A stretch of DNA of 37,422 bases from Acidimicrobiia bacterium (lineage in GTDB: Bacteria; Actinomycetota; Acidimicrobiia; Acidimicrobiales; VFJN01), in the NCBI GenBank assembly GCA_050247895.1, contig JBFWTJ010000003.1:1-37422 (forward strand). The letters are read 5' to 3'. The first letter of the stretch is position 1. Every line of letters begins with the position of its first letter. A program made the position numbers and the translations under genes. Shown one piece after another: positions 1-8,571 of the stretch. The notes beneath the pieces were generated by a model, which saw only the letters and a list, made by a program, of their open reading frames with translations, was not told where the DNA came from and searched no databases.

Positions 1-600
1 GCCGGCCCCGACGCCCGCCTCCAGCTCGGCCCGGCCCACCGGACCGGCCGACTCGACCACCTGGGCGCGGGCCAGCTCCAGGTCCAGCGGGTCGGGTACG
101 AGCCCGGGACCGACCTCGGCACCGACCTCGGCCGGGGGGACCTCCCGGGCCAGCTCGACGAAGCTGCGCCGGACCGGGTCCAGCGCGGCGAGCACGACCG
201 GATCGTCGTACGCCTCGACGGGCGGCACCGAGCCGACCAGGCCGAGCGCGGCCAACCGGTCCGGCGTCGTTGCCGCGACCGCCAGCGCGGCCAACCCGCC
301 GGCCGACCAGCCGAGCAGCCGGTAGGTGCCCAGGCCGAGGTGGTCGGCCAGGGCCTCCAGGTCGCCGGCCAGCGCGGCGGGTGCCGCCCCCCGGTGGCGG
401 CTGCTGCGACCGAAGCCCGGCCGGTCGAGGGCGACGAGCCGCACGCCCAGCGCCGCGGCGACGCCGTCGTCGGGATGGCGGGCCAGGCGGCAGTCGGGCG
501 AGCCGTGCAGGTAGACGACGACCTCGCCGGCGGGGTCCCCGACGTCGTCGTAGGCCAACCGGCGCCCGTCGGGCAGCGCGAGGACCGAGGCGGGGCGCAT
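1..600 (-). CDS. Alpha/beta fold hydrolase (3' end runs off the window)
   Basis: Manual translation from ATG 600: MRPASVLALPDGRRLAYDDVGDPAGEVVVYLHGSPDCRLA...DRPGFGRS...LLGWSAGG. Has the HG oxyanion motif and GxSxG nucleophile elbow. Missing from the ORF track because it has no stop in the window. Confidence 0.85.
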   Translation of the reverse strand, partial: MRPASVLALPDGRRLAYDDVGDPAGEVVVYLHGSPDCRLARHPDDGVAAALGVRLVALDRPGFGRSSRHRGAAPAALAGDLEALADHLGLGTYRLLGWSAGGLAALAVAATTPDRLAALGLVGSVPPVEAYDDPVVLAALDPVRRSFVELAREVPPAEVGAEVGPGLVPDPLDLELARAQVVESAGPVGRAELEAGVGAG

Positions 601-687
601 GGGCCCGGCAGGCTACGGCGGCCGGGCAGCACGCGGCCAGGGCCTTGGGTACCGTGGCCGTGCACTCGATCCGAAGGGGGGACGAGG

Positions 688-2751
688 GTGACCCAGGTCT
701 CGACCGACGAGGTCAGGAACGTGGCGCTGGTCGGCCACGGGGGCGCGGGCAAGACGACCCTGGCCGAGGCGCTCCTGCACCGGGCCGGTGCGCTGACCCG
801 CCTGGGGCGGGTCGAGGACGGCACCACCGCGAGCGACCACGACCCCGACGAGCGGGAGCGGGGCCAGTCGCTGTCGCTCTCGGTGGTGCCCTTCACGTGG
901 CACGGCCACAAGGTCAACCTCATCGACACGCCGGGGTACCCCGACTTCCTCGGCGACGTGGTCGCCGCGCTGCGCGTCGTCGACCTGGCCGTGTTCGTGG
1001 TCAGCGCCGTCGACGGCGTCCAGGTCCAGACCGAGGCGATCTGGCGGGAAGCGGCGCGGCTCGGGGTCCCCCGGATGGTCTTCGTCAACAAGCTCGACCG
1101 GGAGCGGGCCAGCTTCGAGCGGACCCTCGACGAGCTGAAGGAGCGCCTCGGGTCGGGCGTGGCACCCCTCGAGCTGCCCATCGGGGCCGAGGCCTCGTTC
1201 CGGGGCATCGCCGACCTGCTCACCGACACCGCCCACCTCTACGTCGGGGGCGTCCCCCACGCCGAGGAGATCCCCGCCGACATGGAGCAGCTCGAGCACC
1301 AGGTCCACGACAGCCTCGTCGAGGGGATCGTCGTGGCCGACGACGCCATGCTCGAGCGCTACCTGGAGGGCGAGGTCCCCGCCTTCGCCGACCTCGAGCG
1401 CACCCTGCTCGCCGGCATCGAGGCCGCGACGGTCTTCCCGGTCGTGTGCGGGTCGGCCACCGCCGAGATCGGCGTCGACCGCCTGGCCGACTTCCTGGTC
1501 GAGATCGGGCCACCGCCCACCGACCGGCCCGCCGTGGTCCACGCGGCCGGCCAGGAGATCGAGGTCCCGGCCTCGCCGGACGCGGATCCGCTGGCCTTCG
1601 TCTTCAAGACCGTCGCCGACCCCTACGTGGGCCAGGTCTCGCTGTTCAAGGTCCTCTCGGGCACGGTCCGCAACGACGACCACCTGGTCAACCCCCGCAC
1701 CGGCACCGTCGAGCGCCTCCACGGCCTGTTCGCCGTGCGGGGCAAGGACCACGAGCCGGTGGCCCAGGTGGTGGCCGGCGACATCGGCGCGGTGGCCAAG
1801 CTCACGGGGACCGCCACCGGCGACACGCTGGCGCCCAAGGGGACGCCGGTGGTCGTGCCGCCCGTCGAGCAGCCCGACCCGGTCCTGTCGATCGCGGTGG
1901 TGCCCCGCACCCAGGCCGACGACGACAAGCTCGCCGCGGCCCTGCACCGGCTCCGGGAGGAGGACCCGGGCCTGGTGGTCGAGCGGGACGACGAGACCCA
2001 CCAGACCCTGCTGCGGGGCAGCGGCGAAGCCCACCTCCAGGTGGCGGTGAGCCGGTTGCAGCGGAAGTTCGGCGTGACCGTCGACACCGAGGAGGTGCGG
2101 ATCCGCTACCGGGAGACCGTCACCGCCAGCGCCGACGCGGAGGGTCGCCACAAGAAGCAGACCGGCGGCCACGGCCAGTTCGCGGTCGTCGTCATCACGG
2201 TGGAGCCCCTCGAGCGGGGGGCCGGCTTCGAGTTCGTCGACAAGATCGTCGGCGGCGCCATCAGCCGGGGCTACGTCCCCGCGGTCCAGAAGGGCATCGA
2301 GGAGGCGATGGCCGCCGGCGGGGTCCACGGCCATCCGGTCGTCGACGTGCGGGTGACGCTGACCGACGGCAAGGAGCACTCGGTCGACTCGTCGGAGATG
2401 GCGTTCAAGGTGGCCGGGCGGCTGGCCTTCCGCGCCGCCCTGGCCCGGTCGGGGCCGGTCGTGCTCGAACCCGTCGCCCGGCTGGAGGTGGTCGTTCCCA
2501 CCGAGCTCCAGGGCGACGTGATGGGCGACCTGAACGCCCGGCGGGGACGGGTCCAGGCCAGCGTGGCGGGCGACGCCGGCGAGCAGGTCGTCACGGCGCT
2601 GGTGCCCGAGAGCGAGCTCCGCCGCTACGCGGTCGACCTGCGCTCGATCACCGGGGGTCGGGGCCGGTTCCGAGCCGAGCACGACCACCACGACGTCCTG
2701 CCCGCCCACCTCGTCGACCAGGTCCGTCGCGACGTGGTCGACGCCGACTGA
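688..2751 (+). CDS. fusA2: Elongation factor G-like protein (EF-G2/FusA2 type)
   Basis: GHGGAGKTT, DTPGYPDF, NKLD and domain IV/V motifs (KKQTGGHGQFA, HSVDSSEMAF, LRSITGGRG). Switch I is RGQSL rather than RGITI. GTG 688 follows a GAAGGGGG purine tract. Confidence 0.9.
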   Translation: MTQVSTDEVRNVALVGHGGAGKTTLAEALLHRAGALTRLGRVEDGTTASDHDPDERERGQSLSLSVVPFTWHGHKVNLIDTPGYPDFLGDVVAALRVVDLAVFVVSAVDGVQVQTEAIWREAARLGVPRMVFVNKLDRERASFERTLDELKERLGSGVAPLELPIGAEASFRGIADLLTDTAHLYVGGVPHAEEIPADMEQLEHQVHDSLVEGIVVADDAMLERYLEGEVPAFADLERTLLAGIEAATVFPVVCGSATAEIGVDRLADFLVEIGPPPTDRPAVVHAAGQEIEVPASPDADPLAFVFKTVADPYVGQVSLFKVLSGTVRNDDHLVNPRTGTVERLHGLFAVRGKDHEPVAQVVAGDIGAVAKLTGTATGDTLAPKGTPVVVPPVEQPDPVLSIAVVPRTQADDDKLAAALHRLREEDPGLVVERDDETHQTLLRGSGEAHLQVAVSRLQRKFGVTVDTEEVRIRYRETVTASADAEGRHKKQTGGHGQFAVVVITVEPLERGAGFEFVDKIVGGAISRGYVPAVQKGIEEAMAAGGVHGHPVVDVRVTLTDGKEHSVDSSEMAFKVAGRLAFRAALARSGPVVLEPVARLEVVVPTELQGDVMGDLNARRGRVQASVAGDAGEQVVTALVPESELRRYAVDLRSITGGRGRFRAEHDHHDVLPAHLVDQVRRDVVDAD

Positions 2752-3273
2752 GTGCTGACCGAGCCCTGCCCCGAGTGCCGGTTCGACCCGTCCGGGCACG
2801 ACCCGGCGGCACTGGCGTCCGAGATCCGCCGGCTCGGTGGCCGCTACGCCGCGCCGCTCACCCGCGGGCTGCCCGACGAGGACCTCGACGCGGTGGTGGA
2901 TGCCCGCCCCCGGCCCGACGCCTGGTCGGCCCTCGAGCTGGCCGCCCACGCCCGTGACGTGCTCGCGGTGTTCGACGACCGGGTCCGTGCCGCCCTCGAC
3001 GGGACCCGGCCCCGGGAGCCGGTCGTGGACTGGGAGGGACGGGTCGAGGCGTCGGCGGCGTGCCGCGAGGAGCTGGCCGAGGAGATCGCCACCTGGGCCA
3101 CCCGCCTGGCCGACCGCCTCGACGACCTCGGCCCCACCGACTGGGACCGGCCCGGCCTGACCGGGCGCGGCGGCGAGGTGACCGTGGCCGACCTGGCCGT
3201 CATCGCCCTGCACGAGGGCCACCACCACCTCCTCGACATCGGTCGGGCGCTGCGCGGCGCACGGGGTCGCTGA
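2752..3273 (+). CDS. DinB superfamily protein
   Basis: N-terminal CPEC, WSALELAAHARD and C-terminal HEGHHH metal-ligand pattern. Starts immediately after the fusA2 stop. Confidence 0.8.
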   Translation: MLTEPCPECRFDPSGHDPAALASEIRRLGGRYAAPLTRGLPDEDLDAVVDARPRPDAWSALELAAHARDVLAVFDDRVRAALDGTRPREPVVDWEGRVEASAACREELAEEIATWATRLADRLDDLGPTDWDRPGLTGRGGEVTVADLAVIALHEGHHHLLDIGRALRGARGR

Positions 3274-3320
3274 CCCGGGGCGCGAGGATCACCTCCGACC
3301 GATCAGCACGGGAGGACCGC

Positions 3321-3833
3321 GTGACCATCGACCCCGACCTGGGACCGTCCGACGCCGTCGTGGCGCTCCGCTCGCTCCCCCGCCGCTACCGCGCCGCGCT
3401 CGCCGCCGTCCAGGCCCAGGACGACCCCGACGAGATCGCGCTGCGCCGGGGGGCCGACGGCTGGACCGCCATCGGCCACGTCGTCGCCGCGTCCCGTGCC
3501 GTGGGTGGGGCGGCCCGCGCCCTGGAGGAGGTCCTGCGCAGCGACGAGCCGGTCGTGGAGCGGGCGGTGGTCGACGCCAACCGGAGGGTCGAGGACCCGG
3601 CACCGGGGGGCACGATCGAGGAGCGGGTCTCCGAGCTGGGATGGGAGTCCGACGCCCTGGCCGAGACGGCCGACCGGGTGTCGGCACGGGACTGGGCGCG
3701 CGCCGCGAAGGTCCCGGATCGAGCCGACCCCGTCACCGCGCTCGACGTGCTGCGCGCCGCGGTCGAGGCCGGCATCGACCACCTCCGGGCCATGGAGGCA
3801 ACCCTGGTCGAGGTCCGCGGCCGCCCCTCCTAG
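3321..3833 (+). CDS. DinB-like protein (degenerate His motifs)
   Basis: GGAGG RBS before GTG 3321. SDAVVALRSLPRRYR, GWTAIGHV, DWAR and GIDHL parallel the upstream DinB. Confidence 0.65.
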   Translation: MTIDPDLGPSDAVVALRSLPRRYRAALAAVQAQDDPDEIALRRGADGWTAIGHVVAASRAVGGAARALEEVLRSDEPVVERAVVDANRRVEDPAPGGTIEERVSELGWESDALAETADRVSARDWARAAKVPDRADPVTALDVLRAAVEAGIDHLRAMEATLVEVRGRPS

Positions 3834-3957
3834 GAGCCCGCTTCTCCAACATCAACGTTGTCGTTGACCTCCTGGTCAGCCCGGGTTAGGGTCCCGCGGT
3901 CGCCGTCGTGAGGAGGGGTCACGTGGTGGAGATGTGGCAAGCCGTCGGGGATGCGTC

Positions 3958-4773
3958 GTGAGCAACCTCGGACGGATCCTGGAGGGCAAGCGGGCCATGG
4001 TCGTCGGGGGTGGCGGCATCGGCAACGGCGGTGGCGTGAGCCGGGCCCTGGCCGGTGCGGGTGCCGCGGTCGCGGTCGTCGACCTGAACCCCGACAAGGC
4101 CGCAGGCGTGGCCGAGGAGATCAACGCCAGCGGCGGCCGTGCCGTGGGCCTCTCGGCCGACGTCACCTCGGCCGAGGACGTCGAGCGGGTCACCGGAGAG
4201 GCCGTCGACCGCCTCGGTGGCCTGGACGTCCTGGCCACGATCGTGGGCGGCTTCACGCTCTTCTCCCGCTGGCAGCGGCTCGACGAGACCTCCGACGAGG
4301 AGTGGGAGCACATCGCCGACCTGAACGGGCGGTACGTCTACCGCTTCGCCCGCGCCGCGATCCGCCAGTTCCTGGCCCAGGGAACGGGCGGCTCGATCGT
4401 CAGCATCGGTTCGATCTCGGGCATCGTGAGCAGCCCCCTCGCCGCGGCCTACGGCGTGGCCAAGGCCGGGCTCGGGAACCTCGCCCGCTCGGTCGGCGTC
4501 GAGTACGCCCGCGACGACATCCGGATGAACATCGTGGCCTGCGGAGCGATCCAGACCGAGACGACCGGGGTCGTCGGTGCCCACGACCTCGGCTTCCTCG
4601 ACTCCATCCCGATGGGACGCCTCGGCACGCCCGAGGAGGTGGGCGACACGGTGACCTTCCTGGCCTCTCCCCTGGCCGCCTACATCACCGGCCAGACCCT
4701 CACCATCGACGGCGGCATCACCTCGCGGTTCCCCATGCGCGTGCCCAACGCGCCGGCCTTCACCGCGAGCTGA
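3958..4773 (+). CDS. SDR family NAD(P)-dependent oxidoreductase
   Basis: VVGGGGIGNG Rossmann motif, S...YGVAK catalytic motif, PMGRLG and ITGQTLTIDGG. Start approximate. Confidence 0.9.
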   Translation: MSNLGRILEGKRAMVVGGGGIGNGGGVSRALAGAGAAVAVVDLNPDKAAGVAEEINASGGRAVGLSADVTSAEDVERVTGEAVDRLGGLDVLATIVGGFTLFSRWQRLDETSDEEWEHIADLNGRYVYRFARAAIRQFLAQGTGGSIVSIGSISGIVSSPLAAAYGVAKAGLGNLARSVGVEYARDDIRMNIVACGAIQTETTGVVGAHDLGFLDSIPMGRLGTPEEVGDTVTFLASPLAAYITGQTLTIDGGITSRFPMRVPNAPAFTAS

Positions 4774-4802
4774 ACGGTACGAGCACGAGGAGGAGCACCG
4801 AC

Positions 4803-6020
4803 GTGACCACGCAACAGGTCGCGGTGACCGAGCGCATGCTCGACATCGACGCCCACGAGATGACCCCCACCCACTTCTGGGGCGAGATCTTCGGACCCGT
4901 GGCCGGTGAGCTGGCCGAGCTCGCCGTGCCCCTGTTCAAGAAGACCGGCGCCAACGACTTCTACAACCCGACCCTGGCCGGCGACCTCGAGCCGATCGAC
5001 GAACACACCGTCTGGAACATCCGCGGCACCCGCGCCCCCAGCGCCTTCGACCTCTCGCGCCGGGTCGAGGCCCTCGACACCATGGGGATCCGCCGCCAGC
5101 TCGTCTTCCCCAGCTACGGCCTGGTGCCCATGCACCTCCAGGCCGGGCCCGGTGCCGCCATCCGCCACGCCATGGAGCTCGGGTCCCGCTCGGAGGACGA
5201 GATCCAGGACCTCGGTCGCCGTGGCCTCGAGGAGTACAACGAGTGGGCGGTCAGGATGACCGGCTCCGCACCCGACCGCCTGCGGCCGGTGGCGTACCTC
5301 AGCCCCTCGCACCGCACGCCAGGCGAGCTGTTCGCCGAGGCGAAGGACCTCGTCGACCGGGGCATCCGCGCCGTCCACCTCAACGCCGGCACCCCGCCGG
5401 GTGGCCGGTCCCCCGCCGACCCCGAGCTCGACGAGCTCTGGGCCTACCTGGCCGAGCGGGACGTGGCGGTCACCACGCACCTGGGCAGCGAGGCCGACTT
5501 CGTCGCCACGATCCAGTGGATGAAGGCGCCGGCGTTCGCGCCGGGCAAGGTCGAGAGCCACGAGATCGGCCTCGAGCCCTACTCGTTCGCGACCCTGCAC
5601 TTCTCCCACACCAACTGGCTCGTCTGCCTCATCCTGGGCGGGGTCTTCGAGCGCCACCCCCGCCTGCGCTTCGGCGTGATCGAGGCCGGCGCCTCGTGGT
5701 TCGGCCCGCTGGCCGAGAGCCTCGACATGTGGGCGACCAAGGTCTACGCGAAGCGCCTCGAGCCCTTCATCTCGATGAAGCCCTCCGAGTACATGGCCCG
5801 CAACGTACGGATCACGCCGTTCAACAACTTCGAGGACGTCGCCGACATGTTCCGCCGCTACCCGCAGGTGGCGGACTGCTACGCCTTCTCGACCGACTTC
5901 CCCCACATCGAGGGCGGCACCGACGTCAAGCGCAAGCACCTGGCCGCACTCGACGGCCTGGGCGACGACGTGCTGGAGAAGTTCTTCGCCACCAACGGCG
6001 AGCTCCTCCTGCCCGACTGA
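4803..6020 (+). CDS. Amidohydrolase_2 family protein
   Basis: AGGAGGAG RBS, DIDAHE, GGVFERHPRLRFGVIEAG and STDFPHIEG motifs. Confidence 0.88.
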   Translation: MTTQQVAVTERMLDIDAHEMTPTHFWGEIFGPVAGELAELAVPLFKKTGANDFYNPTLAGDLEPIDEHTVWNIRGTRAPSAFDLSRRVEALDTMGIRRQLVFPSYGLVPMHLQAGPGAAIRHAMELGSRSEDEIQDLGRRGLEEYNEWAVRMTGSAPDRLRPVAYLSPSHRTPGELFAEAKDLVDRGIRAVHLNAGTPPGGRSPADPELDELWAYLAERDVAVTTHLGSEADFVATIQWMKAPAFAPGKVESHEIGLEPYSFATLHFSHTNWLVCLILGGVFERHPRLRFGVIEAGASWFGPLAESLDMWATKVYAKRLEPFISMKPSEYMARNVRITPFNNFEDVADMFRRYPQVADCYAFSTDFPHIEGGTDVKRKHLAALDGLGDDVLEKFFATNGELLLPD

Positions 6021-6059
6021 AGCGGCGTCGTCCTGACGGCGGGCCGGACCGGCCTCAGC

Positions 6060-6107
6060 CCGATGGCCCATACCCCGGGGCGCATCGCCTGGGGTATGGG
6101 CCATCGG
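6060..6107. terminator. Long hairpin between convergent genes (probable bidirectional terminator)
   Basis: CCGATGGCCCATACCCC (6060-6076) pairs perfectly with GGGGTATGGGCCATCGG (6091-6107), with further inner pairing. Confidence 0.75.
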
Positions 6108-6115
6108 CTATGTGG

Positions 6116-7228
6116 CTAGTGGGCGTTGGTGCGGAGTTTGCGTGCTCCGATGGTGGCTGCTGTGCCGAGGCTGATGAGGCCGATTCCGGCGAGGGTGGTG
6201 AGGTTGTCGTTGTGGCCGGTGGCGGGGAGCTCCCGGGTGCGGGAGGTGCCGGCGGCGGCGGCTTCGGCGTTGGTGGTTCGGGTTCCGCTGGCGAGTGGCG
6301 CCACGGTGGTCGTGGTGGTGGCTGCGACCGTCGTCGATGTGGTCGATGTGGTCGATGTCGAAGTGGTTGTGGTGGTTGCGGTCGCGGTGAGTTCGAGGTT
6401 GGCGTGGGCGAGGACGAGGCCGGTGGTGGCGACGGCGATTGTTTGCACGCCGGGTGCGTCGTAGATCGTTCCGGCGGGGACCAGGACCGGGCCGTCGATG
6501 GTGATGGTGAGGTCACCGGGTCCCTCGATCTGGAGGAAGAACGGGGTGCCGACGAGAGTCTCGGTGATGAGGTCGCCGTCGGCGTCGACAGGGGTGGCGG
6601 GGCCGGTGACCTGGACGTTGAGGGGGACACCGCCGTCGAGTCCTTGGGCGATGAAGGGTCCCACGGTGGTCGCTTCGGTGGCGGTGGTGGGTCCGGTGAG
6701 CTGCAGGGTCGGGTTGATGCCGGGGCTCGACCAGCCGGGGAGTGCGGCGAGGATGGCCTGGTAGTTGGCGATCACGACCGGGTCGTTGGCCGGTACCGCG
6801 GCCGGGTCGGTCTCGAGTTCGAAGCCCGACGAGACGTTCCACAGGGCGGCTTGGATGGCCGCGGTGCGCTGCACGTCGTTGCCGGTCATGACGCTGTGGG
6901 CGTTGGCCAGGACCGAGCGGACCTGGGACCACTGCTGGTCGGTCAGCCCGGGGTCGCTGGCGGGACCGGTCACCTCGACGACCCCATCATCGATGCTGAT
7001 GGGCGTGTCGATGTCGACGCAGAACGTGTCGATCTCGTTGTCGTCGGCGTCGCTGACCACGATCACAGCGACACCGTGGGAGCTCCCGTCGGCCCCGTAG
7101 ATCGTGGAGAAGTGCCGGATGTCGGTCATGGTGACCGACGAGTCAGCCCCCGCGAATGTCGTACACCAGAACGTCGTGACCGCGGCGACGACCGTGGCCA
7201 GACCACATTTCTTTGATGTTGCCCGCAT
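6116..7228 (-). CDS. LPXTG-anchored surface protein with thioester (TED/TQXA-like) domain
   Basis: Signal peptide, TFCVDID, AAIQAALW, distal GVQTIAV, Thr-rich linker, LPATG plus hydrophobic segment plus RKLR tail. Confidence 0.75.
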   Translation of the reverse strand: MRATSKKCGLATVVAAVTTFWCTTFAGADSSVTMTDIRHFSTIYGADGSSHGVAVIVVSDADDNEIDTFCVDIDTPISIDDGVVEVTGPASDPGLTDQQWSQVRSVLANAHSVMTGNDVQRTAAIQAALWNVSSGFELETDPAAVPANDPVVIANYQAILAALPGWSSPGINPTLQLTGPTTATEATTVGPFIAQGLDGGVPLNVQVTGPATPVDADGDLITETLVGTPFFLQIEGPGDLTITIDGPVLVPAGTIYDAPGVQTIAVATTGLVLAHANLELTATATTTTTSTSTTSTTSTTVAATTTTTVAPLASGTRTTNAEAAAAGTSRTRELPATGHNDNLTTLAGIGLISLGTAATIGARKLRTNAH

Positions 7229-7341
7229 GGACACAGAGATCGGTCATGTAGATCAACACGGCCACAATGCCGGCGCGATAGCTGGAAACATCGGCGATGG
7301 CCGCCTCCCCCGGGCTGCGGGCCCGGCGGAAGCGTTCCTCG

Positions 7342-7419
7342 TCAGGCTCTCGATGTGCGCTGTGTGGCCCGATAGACGAGCAGGGCGATCACGGCGCCGA
7401 CGATCGAGCCGATGATCCC
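7342..7419 (-). pseudogene. C-terminal fragment resembling GlsB/YeaQ/YmgE (transglycosylase-associated) membrane protein
   Basis: GIIGSIVGAVIALLVYRA* with no plausible family N-terminus upstream. Confidence 0.5.
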
Positions 7420-7661
7420 CGACGACGACTCTGCCGCCCACCACAGCACCCCCGACGACGGCACCTCCCCCGCCCCCGACCGCCGCACCAAGGGTGGTGG
7501 CCACCACCGCGCCCGCGCCCCCACCGCCGCCGGTCTCGTCGGGGCGGATGTTCGAGAACTGCGCAGCCGCCAGGGCCGCAGGTGCTGCGCCGGTACGAGC
7601 CGGAGATCCCGGCTACGGCCCCCACCTGGACCGCGACCACGACGGCGTCGGCTGCGAATGA
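7416..7661 (+). pseudogene. 5'-truncated Pro/Thr-rich protein with Excalibur calcium-binding domain
   Basis: Manual translation: PTTTLPPTTAPP...MFENCAAARAAGAAPVRAGDPGYGPHLDRDHDGVGCE*. In-frame TGA at 7413-7415 directly upstream, no signal peptide. Confidence 0.75.
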
Positions 7662-7664
7662 CCG

Positions 7665-7997
7665 TCAAGGACGAACGTGGTTCGTCCCGTTCGGGCCACG
7701 CAGGTGGAGATCCGCCGTGAGAAGGTCATCGCACTCGCGGACTTCATCGGGCAGATCGGCAAGCCTGTAGTACCGGGCTTCCAGATATCGGACGGCGAGA
7801 TCCGCGTACCCCTGCCACAAGTCCTTGGTCACCTGATCTGCGAACCCGGCCCGGGCGATCGTCGCCCCGGCCGCCTGCAAGCTCACCTGCCGGCAGGCCA
7901 ACCCGTCGCTGACCTCGATCGCAGCCCCGTACACGTGCCAAAAGCCCGGAAGCTGCTCAGGGTCACGAAGAACTCTCGCTGTCCATCGAGAGGCCAT
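7665..7997 (-). CDS. Hypothetical protein (110 aa)
   Basis: Protein-like composition (MASRWTARVLRDPEQLPGFWHVYG...). TATTCT lies 6 nt before the ATG. No family recognised. Confidence 0.45.
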   Translation of the reverse strand: MASRWTARVLRDPEQLPGFWHVYGAAIEVSDGLACRQVSLQAAGATIARAGFADQVTKDLWQGYADLAVRYLEARYYRLADLPDEVRECDDLLTADLHLRGPNGTNHVRP

Positions 7998-8113
7998 GAA
8001 CGCAGAATATGCCAACAGCACAGATCATTTCTCTGACTACCGGTCGAGGGCGGCGAGCTCGACCGGCTTCCCAGCGACACAGCGGTGCCTGAGCGGCTCG
8101 ACCGTTCAAGTGA

Positions 8114-8287
8114 GAAGACACGCCTTGGCCAAACGTAGTAGTTCGGCCGACGGTCGAGGCCTGCAACGAGTCGCTGTTCTCCGAGGTCGACGGTGATGAG
8201 ATCGTCTTGCGGGTTGGCGATGTGCCGGCTTTCGATCTCCAGGTGTCTGCGATGGTGGGGGACGCGCTCTTCAATCTCCGAAGCGCG
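8114..8287 (+). pseudogene. Fragment of hypothetical protein with GDxxxNLRSA motif
   Basis: Manual translation ...DGDEIVLRVGDVPAFDLQVSAMVGDALFNLRSA breaks off where I recall homologues continuing with LDHL. Recognition from memory only. Confidence 0.3.
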
Positions 8288-8355
8288 TCGAGCTCGGCGC
8301 GGTCGTCGACGTTCTCCGAGAGGGGCGCCCCTGTGGTGGGACGCCTCACTCGCGC

Positions 8356-8568
8356 TCACGATGCCTTCTTCCGTCGCGCCTGGGCAGACTTCAGAGTGAG
8401 GCAGGCGAAGTAGGCCTTGCGGGCATGCGAGGCACGGCGAGTGCGCTCTTCAGGCGACAGCTCGCCGGTGGGGCCGACCTCGAGCTCAAACCGATCGAGG
8501 AAGGCCGCCCGGAGCTCTCGGTCACAACAAGGATTGCGCTTGACAGAGCGCTGTACTTCAAACGCCAT
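8356..8568 (-). pseudogene. Fragment of small basic protein typical of actinobacterial phages/integrative elements
   Basis: RAAFLDRFELEVGPTGELSPEERTRRASHARKAYFACLTLKSAQARR matches a pattern I recall from mobile-element proteins. The N-terminal ~18 aa look unrelated. Confidence 0.45.
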
Positions 8569-8571
8569 ACT

